Of a stretch of DNA of 64,000 nt, positions 1-9,821 are shown in pieces. The translations under genes and the position numbers were made by a program. The notes under the pieces are model-generated. The model made no database searches, was not told the DNA's origin, and was given only the letters and a program-made list of their open reading frames with translations. The stretch comes from a virus (Duplodnaviria > Caudoviricetes), in the IMG/VR virus record IMGVR_UViG_3300014205_000015, positions 1 to 64,000 of that record; one strand, 5' to 3'. How positions within the stretch are numbered: the stretch's first letter is position 1; every line of letters begins with the position of its first letter.

Positions 1-1
1 A

Positions 2-565
2 TTGAATGGTGTATCGAAGTTTAAAGTTGACTACACAGGTGTCGCCACGCATTTTATCAATGGTTTGGCAGTAAAAGTTGGGGATAATGCTGGAATTGGA
101 AACGGAATTGGATCGCCTTTTGGCACCTACCTTGGGATTTACTCTGTAGGAGTACACCATAGTTCGTTTGACAATACCGGATTCTTCGTGCGATCAGACC
201 GTGCAATCGGCTGGGCGGCCAGCACGACACCTCATAGCAATATGGATGTAGCCCTCCTTCGCGATGCCGCCAACACCCTAGCCCTCCGCAACTCGACCAA
301 CGCACAAGCGTTCCGGTTCTACGGCGCCTATACCGACACGTCGAACTATGTTCGCGGAGTGATATCGGCAAGTTCAACACTGATTTCATTGCTGGCACAA
401 ACGGCTGGAACCGGCGCAGACGATATTGACATCGCAATCACTCCGGCAGGGGCTGGTTTAGTTCAGTTCGGCACACACTCGGCTGTGGCTGCCGAAACTG
501 TAACCGGCTACGTCTACTTCAAAGATGCCGGTGGAACAACTCGCAAACTAGCTGTTATTTCCTAG
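2..565 (+). CDS. C-terminal part of a tail fibre / virion structural protein (5' end outside window)
   Basis: Open from the window edge; G/A/T/S-rich beta-type sequence upstream of the tailspike cluster. Confidence 0.55.
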   Translation: MNGVSKFKVDYTGVATHFINGLAVKVGDNAGIGNGIGSPFGTYLGIYSVGVHHSSFDNTGFFVRSDRAIGWAASTTPHSNMDVALLRDAANTLALRNSTNAQAFRFYGAYTDTSNYVRGVISASSTLISLLAQTAGTGADDIDIAITPAGAGLVQFGTHSAVAAETVTGYVYFKDAGGTTRKLAVIS

Positions 566-1254
566 ACATGCTTCCATGTTCGACCGTCAGAAATGGCCCA
601 TATAGCACCGCTCGTAACACCGTACCGCTTAGCAATATGACAATGATTACCACCGCTGGCCAGTTCATACTTGATGTTACGCACGTCATCCTCAGTCATC
701 TTGTGGCTGCCGGTTCGCTTGCCTTCCATGTTGCTCCGGTCGAGATGCTTCCACGTTTCACCAGACCCTATCGCGGCTACGGTTTTACAACTGACACCGA
801 ACTTGTTGGCAATATCTCGCCTGTACTTTCCGTCACGAAGGCACTGGATGATTTCAATAGCCTGTTCCTCCGTGAGGCGAGAATTGGACGCATCCTCGCC
901 TGCGTACTTTCCATGAAGGTTACTGTCGTAAGCGTGCTTGATGTTTTCAGCGTGCGTTACCCACTCAAGGTTACTGAGCCGATTGTCAGTTTTGATTCCG
1001 TTAATGTGATTGGCAAACGGTTTCGATTCATCCTCGCCAATAAACGCAAACAATACCAACCTGTGAATAACATGAGGGCGCTGCTTTCTTCCGGGGCCAG
1101 TGAGCCCCACAGTGCAGTACCCCCTACTGTTTACCATCGGCTTGAGAATGCGATCCGACAGGCATTTTGGGCTGCCCGCAAGTCGTTTTATCAAACCAAG
1201 ATCGCTCGCCGCGTAGATACCTTCCCAGCCAGGGATACTTGCCCAGTTTTCCAT
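562..1254 (-). CDS. NUMOD4-HNH homing endonuclease with C-terminal HTH repeats
   Basis: N-terminal W..IPGWEGIYAASDLG (NUMOD4); HRLV..AF, NHINGIKTDNRLSNLEWVTHAEN (HNH); two 'SRLTEEQ/KMTEDDV..I' helical repeats; its stop overlaps the convergent gene's stop in CTAG. Confidence 0.9.
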   Translation of the reverse strand: MENWASIPGWEGIYAASDLGLIKRLAGSPKCLSDRILKPMVNSRGYCTVGLTGPGRKQRPHVIHRLVLFAFIGEDESKPFANHINGIKTDNRLSNLEWVTHAENIKHAYDSNLHGKYAGEDASNSRLTEEQAIEIIQCLRDGKYRRDIANKFGVSCKTVAAIGSGETWKHLDRSNMEGKRTGSHKMTEDDVRNIKYELASGGNHCHIAKRYGVTSGAIWAISDGRTWKHV

Positions 1255-1349
1255 CGTTCAATCTCCACTTGTTGACTGTTCACAATACCGAAAATTATAC
1301 CAGTTACGAGTTATTCACGCACTAGTGTTAAGTATTACTGAGGCAACAA

Positions 1350-1625
1350 ATGATCGACATTTCCAAGTTCACGACCAAGCAACAATCCGGCATCGCATGG
1401 GCAGCGGCAAAGCACAATGCGTCACTGCCTGATGGTGAGCCGGGATTAACATCCGAGCAATACGCCGAGCACGTCCTAGCTAACGCCGCAGACAGTTACT
1501 ACCGGCAGTCCAGCGAGGACACGCTGGAGCTGGTGAAGGAACGTCTAGCCGACGCGACCGACCAAGAGAAGGCTGCTGTGGTGGCAGCCTTACCTGCGAA
1601 GAAAGTGGCAGTAGTTAAATCATGA
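1350..1625 (+). CDS. hypothetical protein
   Basis: GAGG RBS; ATG; TGA overlapping next ATG. Confidence 0.7.
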   Translation: MIDISKFTTKQQSGIAWAAAKHNASLPDGEPGLTSEQYAEHVLANAADSYYRQSSEDTLELVKERLADATDQEKAAVVAALPAKKVAVVKS

Positions 1626-1885
1626 CCTTGAACGATACCCCAATCACCCGAGACGCTTGTAATCTGGCGATCCGTAATGGAGTGTCTGCCAACCAAATCA
1701 CAATGTACTCCCAATTCCAGAATGCAGCCAAGGCCAAAGAAATCTGTCGCGTCGACAAAGATGGCCGAGTATTCCGAGACGGTATCGATATCACTGACAA
1801 CGATGGAGCATTAGCCCAGTGCTTCATTGAGCAACTGAAACTCATCCATAACATCGAGGTAAAACGTGGCAACTGTATCGACTGA
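1622..1885 (+). CDS. hypothetical protein
   Basis: ATGA coupling to the previous gene. Confidence 0.5.
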   Translation: MTLNDTPITRDACNLAIRNGVSANQITMYSQFQNAAKAKEICRVDKDGRVFRDGIDITDNDGALAQCFIEQLKLIHNIEVKRGNCID

Positions 1886-2033
1886 CGAAGCCGCCGAAAT
1901 AATGGATCAGATCGGAGAAGCGAATTCGATCGAAGCAATTGCAGAAATTCTAGAAACGCTTGTTGATACCAAAATTGCTGAGGCTCTCAACGAGCAAGAG
2001 AAACAGATGCACAAATCCTGGAAGGACAAGTAA
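1866..2033 (+). CDS. small acidic helical protein (55 aa, below ORF-track cutoff)
   Basis: GAGGT RBS then GTG; translates to MATVSTDEAAEIMDQIGEANSIEAIAEILETLVDTKIAEALNEQEKQMHKSWKDK. Confidence 0.5.
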   Translation: MATVSTDEAAEIMDQIGEANSIEAIAEILETLVDTKIAEALNEQEKQMHKSWKDK

Positions 2034-2036
2034 AAC

Positions 2037-2297
2037 GTGGCAGCTAAGAAACCCACCCCAAAACTAACCGATGAACAAGCTCAGCAGTTCATTGACAACT
2101 CAAAGCCGAAGAACGATTCCATTGCTGTCACGCTCACACCAGAGCAATGGAAGCAAGTCGTCGGCATCCTAGAACAAGGCTCGGCTGTTGTACTAGCTCA
2201 AATGGCAATGCAACAGGGCGGACTGCCACAAGTAGCACAGCTGAGCAGCATGGCCAACGCGGTGATCGACGCAATCAAGCAACAGCTAGAAACCTAA
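2037..2297 (+). CDS. hypothetical helical protein (tail-associated)
   Basis: GTG start directly after previous stop; amphipathic Q-rich helices. Confidence 0.6.
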   Translation: MAAKKPTPKLTDEQAQQFIDNSKPKNDSIAVTLTPEQWKQVVGILEQGSAVVLAQMAMQQGGLPQVAQLSSMANAVIDAIKQQLET

Positions 2298-2500
2298 TGC
2301 ACCCACTTACCTCAATCACGATTCTGCTCCTACTCCTAGCCGGCTGCCAATACCAGACCGACCTGCAAACCCAACGCCGCAAACACCACGACCGACACCA
2401 GATACTCGAGGGCAAGCCAACCCAGTTTTATTCGCAGTGGGATGCGTCGGTGTGGAGCGATGGCATGTACGAACCGAGATTAACGAGCCGACGGAAATAA
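2297..2500 (+). CDS. putative lipoprotein (spanin-like?)
   Basis: ATG overlaps previous TAA; MHPLTSITILLLLLAG-C is a signal peptide with lipobox. Confidence 0.45.
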   Translation: MHPLTSITILLLLLAGCQYQTDLQTQRRKHHDRHQILEGKPTQFYSQWDASVWSDGMYEPRLTSRRK

Positions 2501-2501
2501 C

Positions 2502-2741
2502 ATGAAAGCACCAACCAGAGTTGGAATCGACATTAAGGGCAACCTCGTTAATCCAACCGGCGCGACTAAGCGCAATCTAGCCGGAGATATGAATCAGGGT
2601 CTGAAGAACCCGCATCATTATGTAGATGGAGTCTCCATCGGAGACGGTACTACAGATGCCAGGGCGGCGATTCTGCTAGCGGATGCTGGCTGTGGTGCAA
2701 GCCGCCCAAGCTCAACCCACCTAACACCGAGACCAACATGA
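2502..2741 (+). CDS. short ORF resembling a tailspike N-terminal fragment
   Basis: Contains GVSIGDGTTDARAAI, similar to the GDG-T-D-AA start motif of beta-helix tailspikes. Confidence 0.45.
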   Translation: MKAPTRVGIDIKGNLVNPTGATKRNLAGDMNQGLKNPHHYVDGVSIGDGTTDARAAILLADAGCGASRPSSTHLTPRPT

Positions 2742-2833
2742 CATGCATTCCAGCAATAGGTGTTAGGACAACTGTGGTATCGCTATCAGCATAGCCCACG
2801 GTCTATGAAACTTACTTTGATGAAACGTATAGC

Positions 2834-5800
2834 ATGAGCATAGCACAATACAGATCACTCCCAACGTCCGTTGCTACAGCAGCCGGTCTGGCGAGAACTA
2901 GCTCGCGCACTATCTCTGGTGGAGTCGTCTCTACCACTGGTAGATTGACTGCGGGTGACGGTGGGCGTGCCGACTATCTATATCGCCGCACTGGCAGGAG
3001 CGGCGTCACGATTGATGATGGAGCCTATATAGCTGGCCCTGGAAGTGACGACTACTGGGAACTGGCTAATCGCGATGACATTAACATTGCGGTGTTTAAT
3101 GTTGACCGGACTGGCGCGACCGACTGCCGCAGTAGTATCGTCTCGGCATTGGCTGTACTTAATGGCGAGGGAGTGCTGCGATTCCCGCGAGGTACTTATC
3201 TTGTTTCTACCAGCCTAGCAATAGATCACAGGATTGTTCTTGAGATTGGGGCTATTCTCAAAGCAGCCAACGGGGCGGTGATTACCCTGCCCAATAGTTA
3301 CGAAGCGGACGATCATCAGGTGTGCTTTGACATCTCCCTTGGCGGAAGTGTCTTGGCTAGTCGTGAGTATGTTTCGACTGTTCATTTTGGGGCGGATAAA
3401 ACAGGAGTGGCGGATTGCTCGACAATTCTCAACGCGGTTATTGATACATATAAAACCAGCCCCACCAAAATCAAGGTTCCGTCTAACGCAACGCACTTAT
3501 GTAACTCAACGCTTACGGTGTCTGGTAGTGGTAATCATCTCAACATATTTGGAGAAGGCGAGACTTCTTGGATTTACAGCCCCTCAGCTATAGTGGCGAT
3601 CAATAGTTCGCTCTCTAGTGCGTACACCACAATTCGTAATATGAAGATCAGTGGCAATGGACAGGCAGCAGATGGCATATACTGCCGCATTAGCGCCACA
3701 GACATAACGATTGAAAACTGCGATGTGTCTGGGTTTGGGCTTACTGGATCGACAGCGCAGATTAATTGCGAAGACTGCACGCGAGTTCGAATCGTTGGTA
3801 ATCGAGTTAGCGGTGGTGGTGATACAGAAGATTCGCTTGACTCAGATATTCGCATCCTAAACTGCCAAGACTTTGAGGTAGCCAGGAACCGATGCACATC
3901 AGGCAATAGTGAGGGCATTGCCATCAGTCAGACTACGACGGGTGGGCTCCGTGGGGTTGTAATCGGAAACATCATTACCGGGCATCGTCGTCATGGAATT
4001 TTATTTGCCTACGACAGCGACCAATGTGAGTTAGCGATTGTTGGAAACCGGATACACGATTGCCAGTGGACAGGCTTGTACTCCATTGAGGCTGACGTGC
4101 TGGAGCCGTCTAGCATTCAGGGTAAATGCGCTATTGTTGGTAACGTAGTGACGCATAGCGGCGGTGGCTACGCAGCCGATGCGGCTGGCAATGGTGGCAT
4201 CCACATTGCAGGTAGGCTCGGGACCACTGTTACAGGGAACACTGTCACAGACTGCGGCTATGACCCAGACGGCACTCTGCAAACGGTTTACGGTCGCGGC
4301 ATCTACCTCAATGGTTGCTCCAACGTAGCGTGCAGCGGTAATTCAGTAAAGAACTGTTCGAGAAGCGGAATTGAGATATTCACAAGCTGGGATGCAGACG
4401 GGATCGTGATCGGAAACAACTCAATCACAGACTGTGTGTTTGCGTGTATCACGATCAGTAACTCGGGGACAACTTACACGAAGTCTGACCTCATTGTGTC
4501 GGACAATGTTTTGCGACAAGTAACCCAGGACGGCTACGGCATCCTGATAATGGAGGATGCGGGCGGGATTGACGTGGCGATACATGGAAACACGCTCCAC
4601 GGAAGACGCGCCGGGACGAACATTCCGGCTATTTATCTGCTGCGCGAGCGAGCTAAGTCTATCTCGATCTTTAACAACACTATGGTCGAGTGGGACTATG
4701 GGCTACAAGCTGACTACGGCACAGGCGATGAGGAAGACTGGATTATCGGTATCGGCTGTCGGATGGATAGGAATACATTCATTAGTGTCGATACGCCATT
4801 TAAGACGCGGCCAGTGTACGCTGCTGTGGGTCGGTCGAATGTGTTTGTTAATTGCAACCCAGGGTTCTCGTCCTTTAAGGTTCCAGCAACTTATGAAAAC
4901 GGAGTGATGCGAGGTTATTACGTTGGCGGTTTACCAACTCGGCGATGCCGCAATGGCGATAGACTGGAGCCGCTAGAGGCCGACTCAACGCAGAACCTTG
5001 CCTGGATCAATAACGCCACGCCGCCTTCATCAAAGACGATTAGCAATTCGACGTTAGCAGACGACACTATCACTGTAACGAGCCACGGATTCACGGCTGG
5101 GCAGCGGGTGAAGGTGGCTGGTTCAAGCCTGCCAGCTCCGCTGGTTAGTGGGCAGGAGTATTACGTTAGGTCTGCACCAACTGCCAATACGCTTGTCCTT
5201 GAGGCTTTCAACTCAGCAACCAACGCTGTGGATATCACCGCAGATGGCGGCACTGGGACTATTCAGGCTCTTGACTACGATCCAAGCTGGGTGCAATACC
5301 CTGACCCTGAAGGTGCTCCACAGTCAACCTATGAAGACTTAGCCTTGTCTGCTGTCAATCGCTGGATGGGTGATGCCGATGGCGATACCAACGGCGATCC
5401 AGACGACAGTAATGGCAGTGCGGATTTAACATGGACTGGTGCGCCTGTGTATGGCGGTACGCTTCCGGTTGGCTCGGAAGGTAAGACGTTCACACTCAAC
5501 GGAACTGATAATGTCCTGACGAGCGGGGCTGGTGTTGGTGACTACACTGACAACTTTTCAGTGGGAGGCTGGATCAACCTGACGAACATTGATTCTGGCG
5601 ATAGGTTCATATCGAAGCGAGACGGGTCTAATGTGGCTTGGGATTTTGGGGTGGGTGGCGGCGGACTGATCTATATGTTTGATTCTGAGAATACTGGCCA
5701 TACTGGAAATCTCGATATTGTCACAGGGCAGTGGCAGCACATAGCTATTGTCATTAAGAATGGAATTGGCAAGTTCTACGTGGATGCAGTGCAGTCAGGT

Positions 5801-6397
5801 AACGATTTCTATCCCGTCATCAACAGTTATGCCAGTATCCCTATAACCATCGGCTCAACTCTCTCTGGGTTCTACATTACTGGTGAGATGTTTGACTGGC
5901 GAATCTACGGCAGTGCTTTATCCGATTCTGATCTTGCAAAGATAGTGGCTGGTCCGCAGACAAACTCTCGGATTGGCGATCTGAGCTACTTCAGCTTGAC
6001 GGGCACGGCTGTTGTGATTGCTACTGTGTCAGACGGCTCGACCAACATGGTCAAGGCTGACGTTGCAAGCACTACCGTTGATTCGCTGAGGTTTGACAAT
6101 GGCGGGGCTAATGACGGCAGGCTGCGGTATACGGGGAGTAATAGAAATGCTTTCGGTGTGACAGCAAGCGTTTCTGTCACTTGCGCCGCAGATAAGTTAA
6201 TTGTGGTTGGTCTGGCTCGCAATGGAACTGTTATTGCGGCGACTAAACTGCTAGCTACGGTCGGCACGGCTACAGTGGCTCTGACGCTGGATGCTCAAGT
6301 TGACCTTTACACGAACGATTACGTGGAACTGTTCCTTGGGAACACCACCGACGATGCTGACATTACAGTACATTCTCTCGCGTTGAGGGCAAGCTAA
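2834..6397 (+). CDS. tailspike / polysaccharide depolymerase (right-handed beta-helix plus LamG-like domain)
   Basis: GDGGRADY motif, two TG.TDC cap motifs, many 'I.GN...' beta-helix repeats, C-terminal FSVGGWIN...WQHIAIV...FYVD...WRIY LamG pattern. Confidence 0.85.
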   Translation: MSIAQYRSLPTSVATAAGLARTSSRTISGGVVSTTGRLTAGDGGRADYLYRRTGRSGVTIDDGAYIAGPGSDDYWELANRDDINIAVFNVDRTGATDCRSSIVSALAVLNGEGVLRFPRGTYLVSTSLAIDHRIVLEIGAILKAANGAVITLPNSYEADDHQVCFDISLGGSVLASREYVSTVHFGADKTGVADCSTILNAVIDTYKTSPTKIKVPSNATHLCNSTLTVSGSGNHLNIFGEGETSWIYSPSAIVAINSSLSSAYTTIRNMKISGNGQAADGIYCRISATDITIENCDVSGFGLTGSTAQINCEDCTRVRIVGNRVSGGGDTEDSLDSDIRILNCQDFEVARNRCTSGNSEGIAISQTTTGGLRGVVIGNIITGHRRHGILFAYDSDQCELAIVGNRIHDCQWTGLYSIEADVLEPSSIQGKCAIVGNVVTHSGGGYAADAAGNGGIHIAGRLGTTVTGNTVTDCGYDPDGTLQTVYGRGIYLNGCSNVACSGNSVKNCSRSGIEIFTSWDADGIVIGNNSITDCVFACITISNSGTTYTKSDLIVSDNVLRQVTQDGYGILIMEDAGGIDVAIHGNTLHGRRAGTNIPAIYLLRERAKSISIFNNTMVEWDYGLQADYGTGDEEDWIIGIGCRMDRNTFISVDTPFKTRPVYAAVGRSNVFVNCNPGFSSFKVPATYENGVMRGYYVGGLPTRRCRNGDRLEPLEADSTQNLAWINNATPPSSKTISNSTLADDTITVTSHGFTAGQRVKVAGSSLPAPLVSGQEYYVRSAPTANTLVLEAFNSATNAVDITADGGTGTIQALDYDPSWVQYPDPEGAPQSTYEDLALSAVNRWMGDADGDTNGDPDDSNGSADLTWTGAPVYGGTLPVGSEGKTFTLNGTDNVLTSGAGVGDYTDNFSVGGWINLTNIDSGDRFISKRDGSNVAWDFGVGGGGLIYMFDSENTGHTGNLDIVTGQWQHIAIVIKNGIGKFYVDAVQSGNDFYPVINSYASIPITIGSTLSGFYITGEMFDWRIYGSALSDSDLAKIVAGPQTNSRIGDLSYFSLTGTAVVIATVSDGSTNMVKADVASTTVDSLRFDNGGANDGRLRYTGSNRNAFGVTASVSVTCAADKLIVVGLARNGTVIAATKLLATVGTATVALTLDAQVDLYTNDYVELFLGNTTDDADITVHSLALRAS

Positions 6398-7018
6398 GTG
6401 GCTAACTATACGATTCCAGTAAGTTCACCTTTTATAGTGACTGGTGACGACGCATACGGCAAGCCGCTTGATACTGATTTCAGCGGTGTCAACTGGACGA
6501 CAGATGTAGTGAGTGCCGTCGAGGTTGCCAGTACAGGTATTTACGAAATCACACTAGACGACACTAAGGGTTATGCTCTGTACCGCAACGAGCACATCCA
6601 GTCATTCACTGCCGATGCTGGAACAGATGTCATTACAGCCGCTTCACATGGACTTCTGGACGGCGAGACACTTCGCTTTCAGGGCACTGACCTGCCAGCT
6701 CCGCTAGCACAGGGGACGCTGTACTATATCCGGGATGCAGCTTCTGGGACATTTAAGGTATCGCTCACGGCTGGCGGAACTGCTGTCGATATCACCGACG
6801 CAGGGACAGGCACAATGACATTCACCGCGCCAGGCGATAGGAGCATTGATGATACACTGATAGGAACAGTACCGATTGTTAATGCGGCAGCATTGACAGG
6901 CGAAGGGAGTGAAGCGCTAGTGTCTGCAATAGTGGCTAGTGAGGTCGGCACTAACTTAGCCGCTATCAAGGCTAAGACGGATTTGGTTGGAACAATCAGA
7001 TCACTGATTCGCTGGTAA
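6398..7018 (+). CDS. tail structural protein
   Basis: Shares an 'IT...HG....LPAPL..G..YY.R....VDIT' module with the tailspike; GTG abuts previous TAA. Confidence 0.75.
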   Translation: MANYTIPVSSPFIVTGDDAYGKPLDTDFSGVNWTTDVVSAVEVASTGIYEITLDDTKGYALYRNEHIQSFTADAGTDVITAASHGLLDGETLRFQGTDLPAPLAQGTLYYIRDAASGTFKVSLTAGGTAVDITDAGTGTMTFTAPGDRSIDDTLIGTVPIVNAAALTGEGSEALVSAIVASEVGTNLAAIKAKTDLVGTIRSLIRW

Positions 7019-7033
7019 CGGGGAGTAATAGCC

Positions 7034-8182
7034 ATCGCGCCTCGACGCTGCTGCTGTGACGTATCATGCTTGATTGGCAGCGATGACTTTAATCGCGCCG
7101 ACAACGATTCCCTGGGCTCGCTTTGGGTAGAGAAGTCTGGCGACTTTGATATCGACACCAACACGCTGATTACCGCCATGACCGGCGTGTGTCTGACTTC
7201 GCTGAGGCAAGCCAATCCAAGAAGCTCGGGCTATCACTACCAAGTGCTTGTTGATTTGGTGCAGACTGCTACGGAATGGGCGCTGATTTGCAAATACACC
7301 GACGCTAACAACTTCGATTGGATTCACTTCTACATCAGCGGCACTGACGTTCTGCCCCGCTTCTATCAGCGCGCTGGCGGCGTAGACACGATGATAATGG
7401 ATATCACGACGCATCCAGCTGGGGTCGGCTTCCCCATTACGGGCACCGATAACATCCAGATTGAAATGTGCTACTCTGAGGTAGGCTGGACGGTTGAGTC
7501 TGGCGACGAATCAAGCCGCTGGACAACATGCGACGTATCACCAGCCTCGTCCCTGCCAGCCGATACTGCCGTGGGCTTCGTTGGCTTCCTCTACGGCGAT
7601 TTCGACAACTTCTTCTACTACTACCATCGCCTGTCAAACCTGCCATGCCCGGTATGCGATTGTTCATGTGAAAACCCAGATGACGATTCTGACTATGCCT
7701 GCATGCCAGAGACGCTGACGATGACTCTGCGACCAACGGCGCCGTTTACCGATCCCTATGGTGGATGTGCGGCGGGCAGTGACGTGGTTATCAATCTGTA
7801 CCAGAGCTATCCGTCAGGCGTAGCGGCTCTCACAACACCGACGTACGACCCCTCGCCGCGCAAGGTTGAGTGGTATTCCGACATTCTGTACTTTCCTGAC
7901 CGTGGCATTGAGTTATGGTTTTTGCTAGTTTGTGATGCTGGTGAGTTTCGGCTGCACCAGCTACTCTATCCCGGAGACTTCCCAACGATTGGCTCGGGCT
8001 CTGGCGTGGTCGAGTGGCTAGGTACTCCGTATGGCACGTATCAGTTACCGGACGTGACTGAATGTAACCCAATCAACATGCACTTTGATGTGCTTCGAGT
8101 GACCAATCATGATGATGGCGTTAGCATTCCCTATTGCGATACGTTGCCAGACCTTGACTACGAGATTTTTATCACGTCATGA
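7034..8182 (+). CDS. Cys-rich virion protein (lectin-like fold); probable non-AUG start at ATC 7034
   Basis: ORF track starts at TTG 7070, but the frame is open upstream giving (M)APRRCCCDVSC with a GGGAG RBS 8 nt before ATC. Confidence 0.7.
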   Translation: MAPRRCCCDVSCLIGSDDFNRADNDSLGSLWVEKSGDFDIDTNTLITAMTGVCLTSLRQANPRSSGYHYQVLVDLVQTATEWALICKYTDANNFDWIHFYISGTDVLPRFYQRAGGVDTMIMDITTHPAGVGFPITGTDNIQIEMCYSEVGWTVESGDESSRWTTCDVSPASSLPADTAVGFVGFLYGDFDNFFYYYHRLSNLPCPVCDCSCENPDDDSDYACMPETLTMTLRPTAPFTDPYGGCAAGSDVVINLYQSYPSGVAALTTPTYDPSPRKVEWYSDILYFPDRGIELWFLLVCDAGEFRLHQLLYPGDFPTIGSGSGVVEWLGTPYGTYQLPDVTECNPINMHFDVLRVTNHDDGVSIPYCDTLPDLDYEIFITS

Positions 8183-8589
8183 CCCCCTGCACTTGCCCCC
8201 TAGCCGGTTATTGCGACCGACACCAGACCGAAAAGAATGAGCACTGGCACAGGCTCTGCCAGACTCATTTTGGCTACTACGATGCCTGGGAACGTGGTCG
8301 CGGTCCGGGGCAGGTACGGTCAGTGGAGGAGCGTGAAGCCCGGAGAGAGCGGGTGTTAGCCGCAGCCGCGCAGAAGAACCAGCTAATTGGCTGGCTGAAG
8401 CTACTCGGCTACCTGCATCCAACAGACCTTGGCATTGGAGACACGGCAGCCAGGGTTCTAAAGCAACGCAAGAAGTCTCGCGCCTGGATTGCTGACGACG
8501 CTCGCCATGCGGTTAATTGCCTGCTCAAGCAGTGTAGCTGCTCTCGTAAGGATGCCGTGGAGAGGCTTAATCAGCAGTATCCGTACTAG
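8179..8589 (+). CDS. Cys/His-rich hypothetical protein
   Basis: CTCPLAGYCDRH...HRLC motif; ATGA-coupled. Confidence 0.7.
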   Translation: MTPCTCPLAGYCDRHQTEKNEHWHRLCQTHFGYYDAWERGRGPGQVRSVEEREARRERVLAAAAQKNQLIGWLKLLGYLHPTDLGIGDTAARVLKQRKKSRAWIADDARHAVNCLLKQCSCSRKDAVERLNQQYPY

Positions 8590-8888
8590 CTAGCAGGTGG
8601 AATATGAGTAGTCCTGTCCCCGTTAATCACTAGTAGCCCAGAGCGGATTAAGCTGCACTGCTCCCGAATGTACGCTGGGCTGGGATCCCACGGGATGTTA
8701 CTTTTTCGCGTTGCCTTCTCTGACTTCTTTCTTGCCTTCTCTGCTTTGGTTTCTGCCGCTATTTGAGCCCGTACAGCCTGGTTCTGGACGAGCTGAGCAT
8801 CGCGGCACTCATCACTGCATGTCTTGCGGTTCTTGTGCGCAGGGTAGCGTCTCTTGCATACTGGACAGATTCGTACTGCTCTTGCCAT
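8586..8888 (-). CDS. zinc-finger hypothetical protein
   Basis: CPVC...CSDEC; last gene of the leftward operon, convergent stop overlap. Confidence 0.65.
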   Translation of the reverse strand: MARAVRICPVCKRRYPAHKNRKTCSDECRDAQLVQNQAVRAQIAAETKAEKARKKSEKATRKSNIPWDPSPAYIREQCSLIRSGLLVINGDRTTHIPPAS

Positions 8889-8947
8889 GTTGTCTCGCCT
8901 TTTGGTGAAAGTCTTAGCTTGCAGTCTACCACTACCAGTTTAATCAG

Positions 8948-9295
8948 TTAGCCTTGTGGTTCCTCCAGGACTTGGCATTCTGGAAAGTATCCTCCGTCCT
9001 TGCTTATCCAGCTACAAGAGCTGTCCGCATGAACCTTGAATCCATAAACATTGGACACTATCCACCTTCCATCGCTAGTCTTGAACCTTGCCTTACACGG
9101 TGCTCGCTTCAGGTCGTCTATTGTCGCGTCTCGCCAGACGTAGACGGGTTCTAGGATGGGGCGGCTAGAGAATTCATAGTCTACATCTGCCTTCGATATT
9201 ACATCTAGTGACTCCAAGAACTTCTCTCCATGTTTGGGCTTTCTGTACGCTACTACCTTGTACCCTGGTGGGTCTGGGATCTCTATGAGGCTCAT
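8948..9295 (-). CDS. hypothetical protein
   Basis: Coupled to upstream gene; phage-like composition. Confidence 0.65.
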   Translation of the reverse strand: MSLIEIPDPPGYKVVAYRKPKHGEKFLESLDVISKADVDYEFSSRPILEPVYVWRDATIDDLKRAPCKARFKTSDGRWIVSNVYGFKVHADSSCSWISKDGGYFPECQVLEEPQG

Positions 9296-9771
9296 GCTAG
9301 GCTCTCTTTCTGTGATGCTTGGTACTGCTGTCGAATAGCCTCTTCACGTCCCAGCTTCTCCTGTGCGCGTTTCTGAGACTCCGCGGCTTGTTCCGCTTCT
9401 ATCTGCTGGCGGGCTTCCTTGATTTCGGCTTCCAGTTCTTCGACCATAGCCAGAACGTCAGCCTGCCACGGACCATCCATAGTCCAGCTGCCACAGGACC
9501 AGATACCCACAAGTTCGCCTTTGTCGACAACAGGGAACGGATTACCACTCCCCCGAGAGTCGTTGCAACCAGCGCGCACAATAGCGTCCGGTTCGGTTAT
9601 TAGCGATATGTGGCAGTGGTTGTCTGTGTGCCAGTGGTCCACAATTAAGAACTGCCCTCGCCTCACCCAGCATGGATGGCTACGGTAGGCAGAACCGTCA
9701 CCTACGCCCTTGAGCTTTAATGCCCTGGCTGCACTTGGTAGGTGATGCACTTGTTTATTCTTTAATTCCAT
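9292..9771 (-). CDS. hypothetical protein with C-terminal coiled coil
   Basis: Likely start MELKNK at 9771 after AACACTAATAGGGAAGG. Confidence 0.7.
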   Translation of the reverse strand: MELKNKQVHHLPSAARALKLKGVGDGSAYRSHPCWVRRGQFLIVDHWHTDNHCHISLITEPDAIVRAGCNDSRGSGNPFPVVDKGELVGIWSCGSWTMDGPWQADVLAMVEELEAEIKEARQQIEAEQAAESQKRAQEKLGREEAIRQQYQASQKESLA

Positions 9772-9821
9772 CTCTCTCTTTCCTTCCCTATTAGTGTTTG
9801 TTTCCGAAATTGAACTGGGCG

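Noticed and set aside
568-1275. 235-aa plus-strand ORF
   Set aside because: Shadow of the antisense NUMOD4-HNH gene; no motifs or RBS
1859-2042. 13-bp repeat GTAAAACGTGGCA before two GTG starts
   Set aside because: Only two copies; explained by similar start contexts
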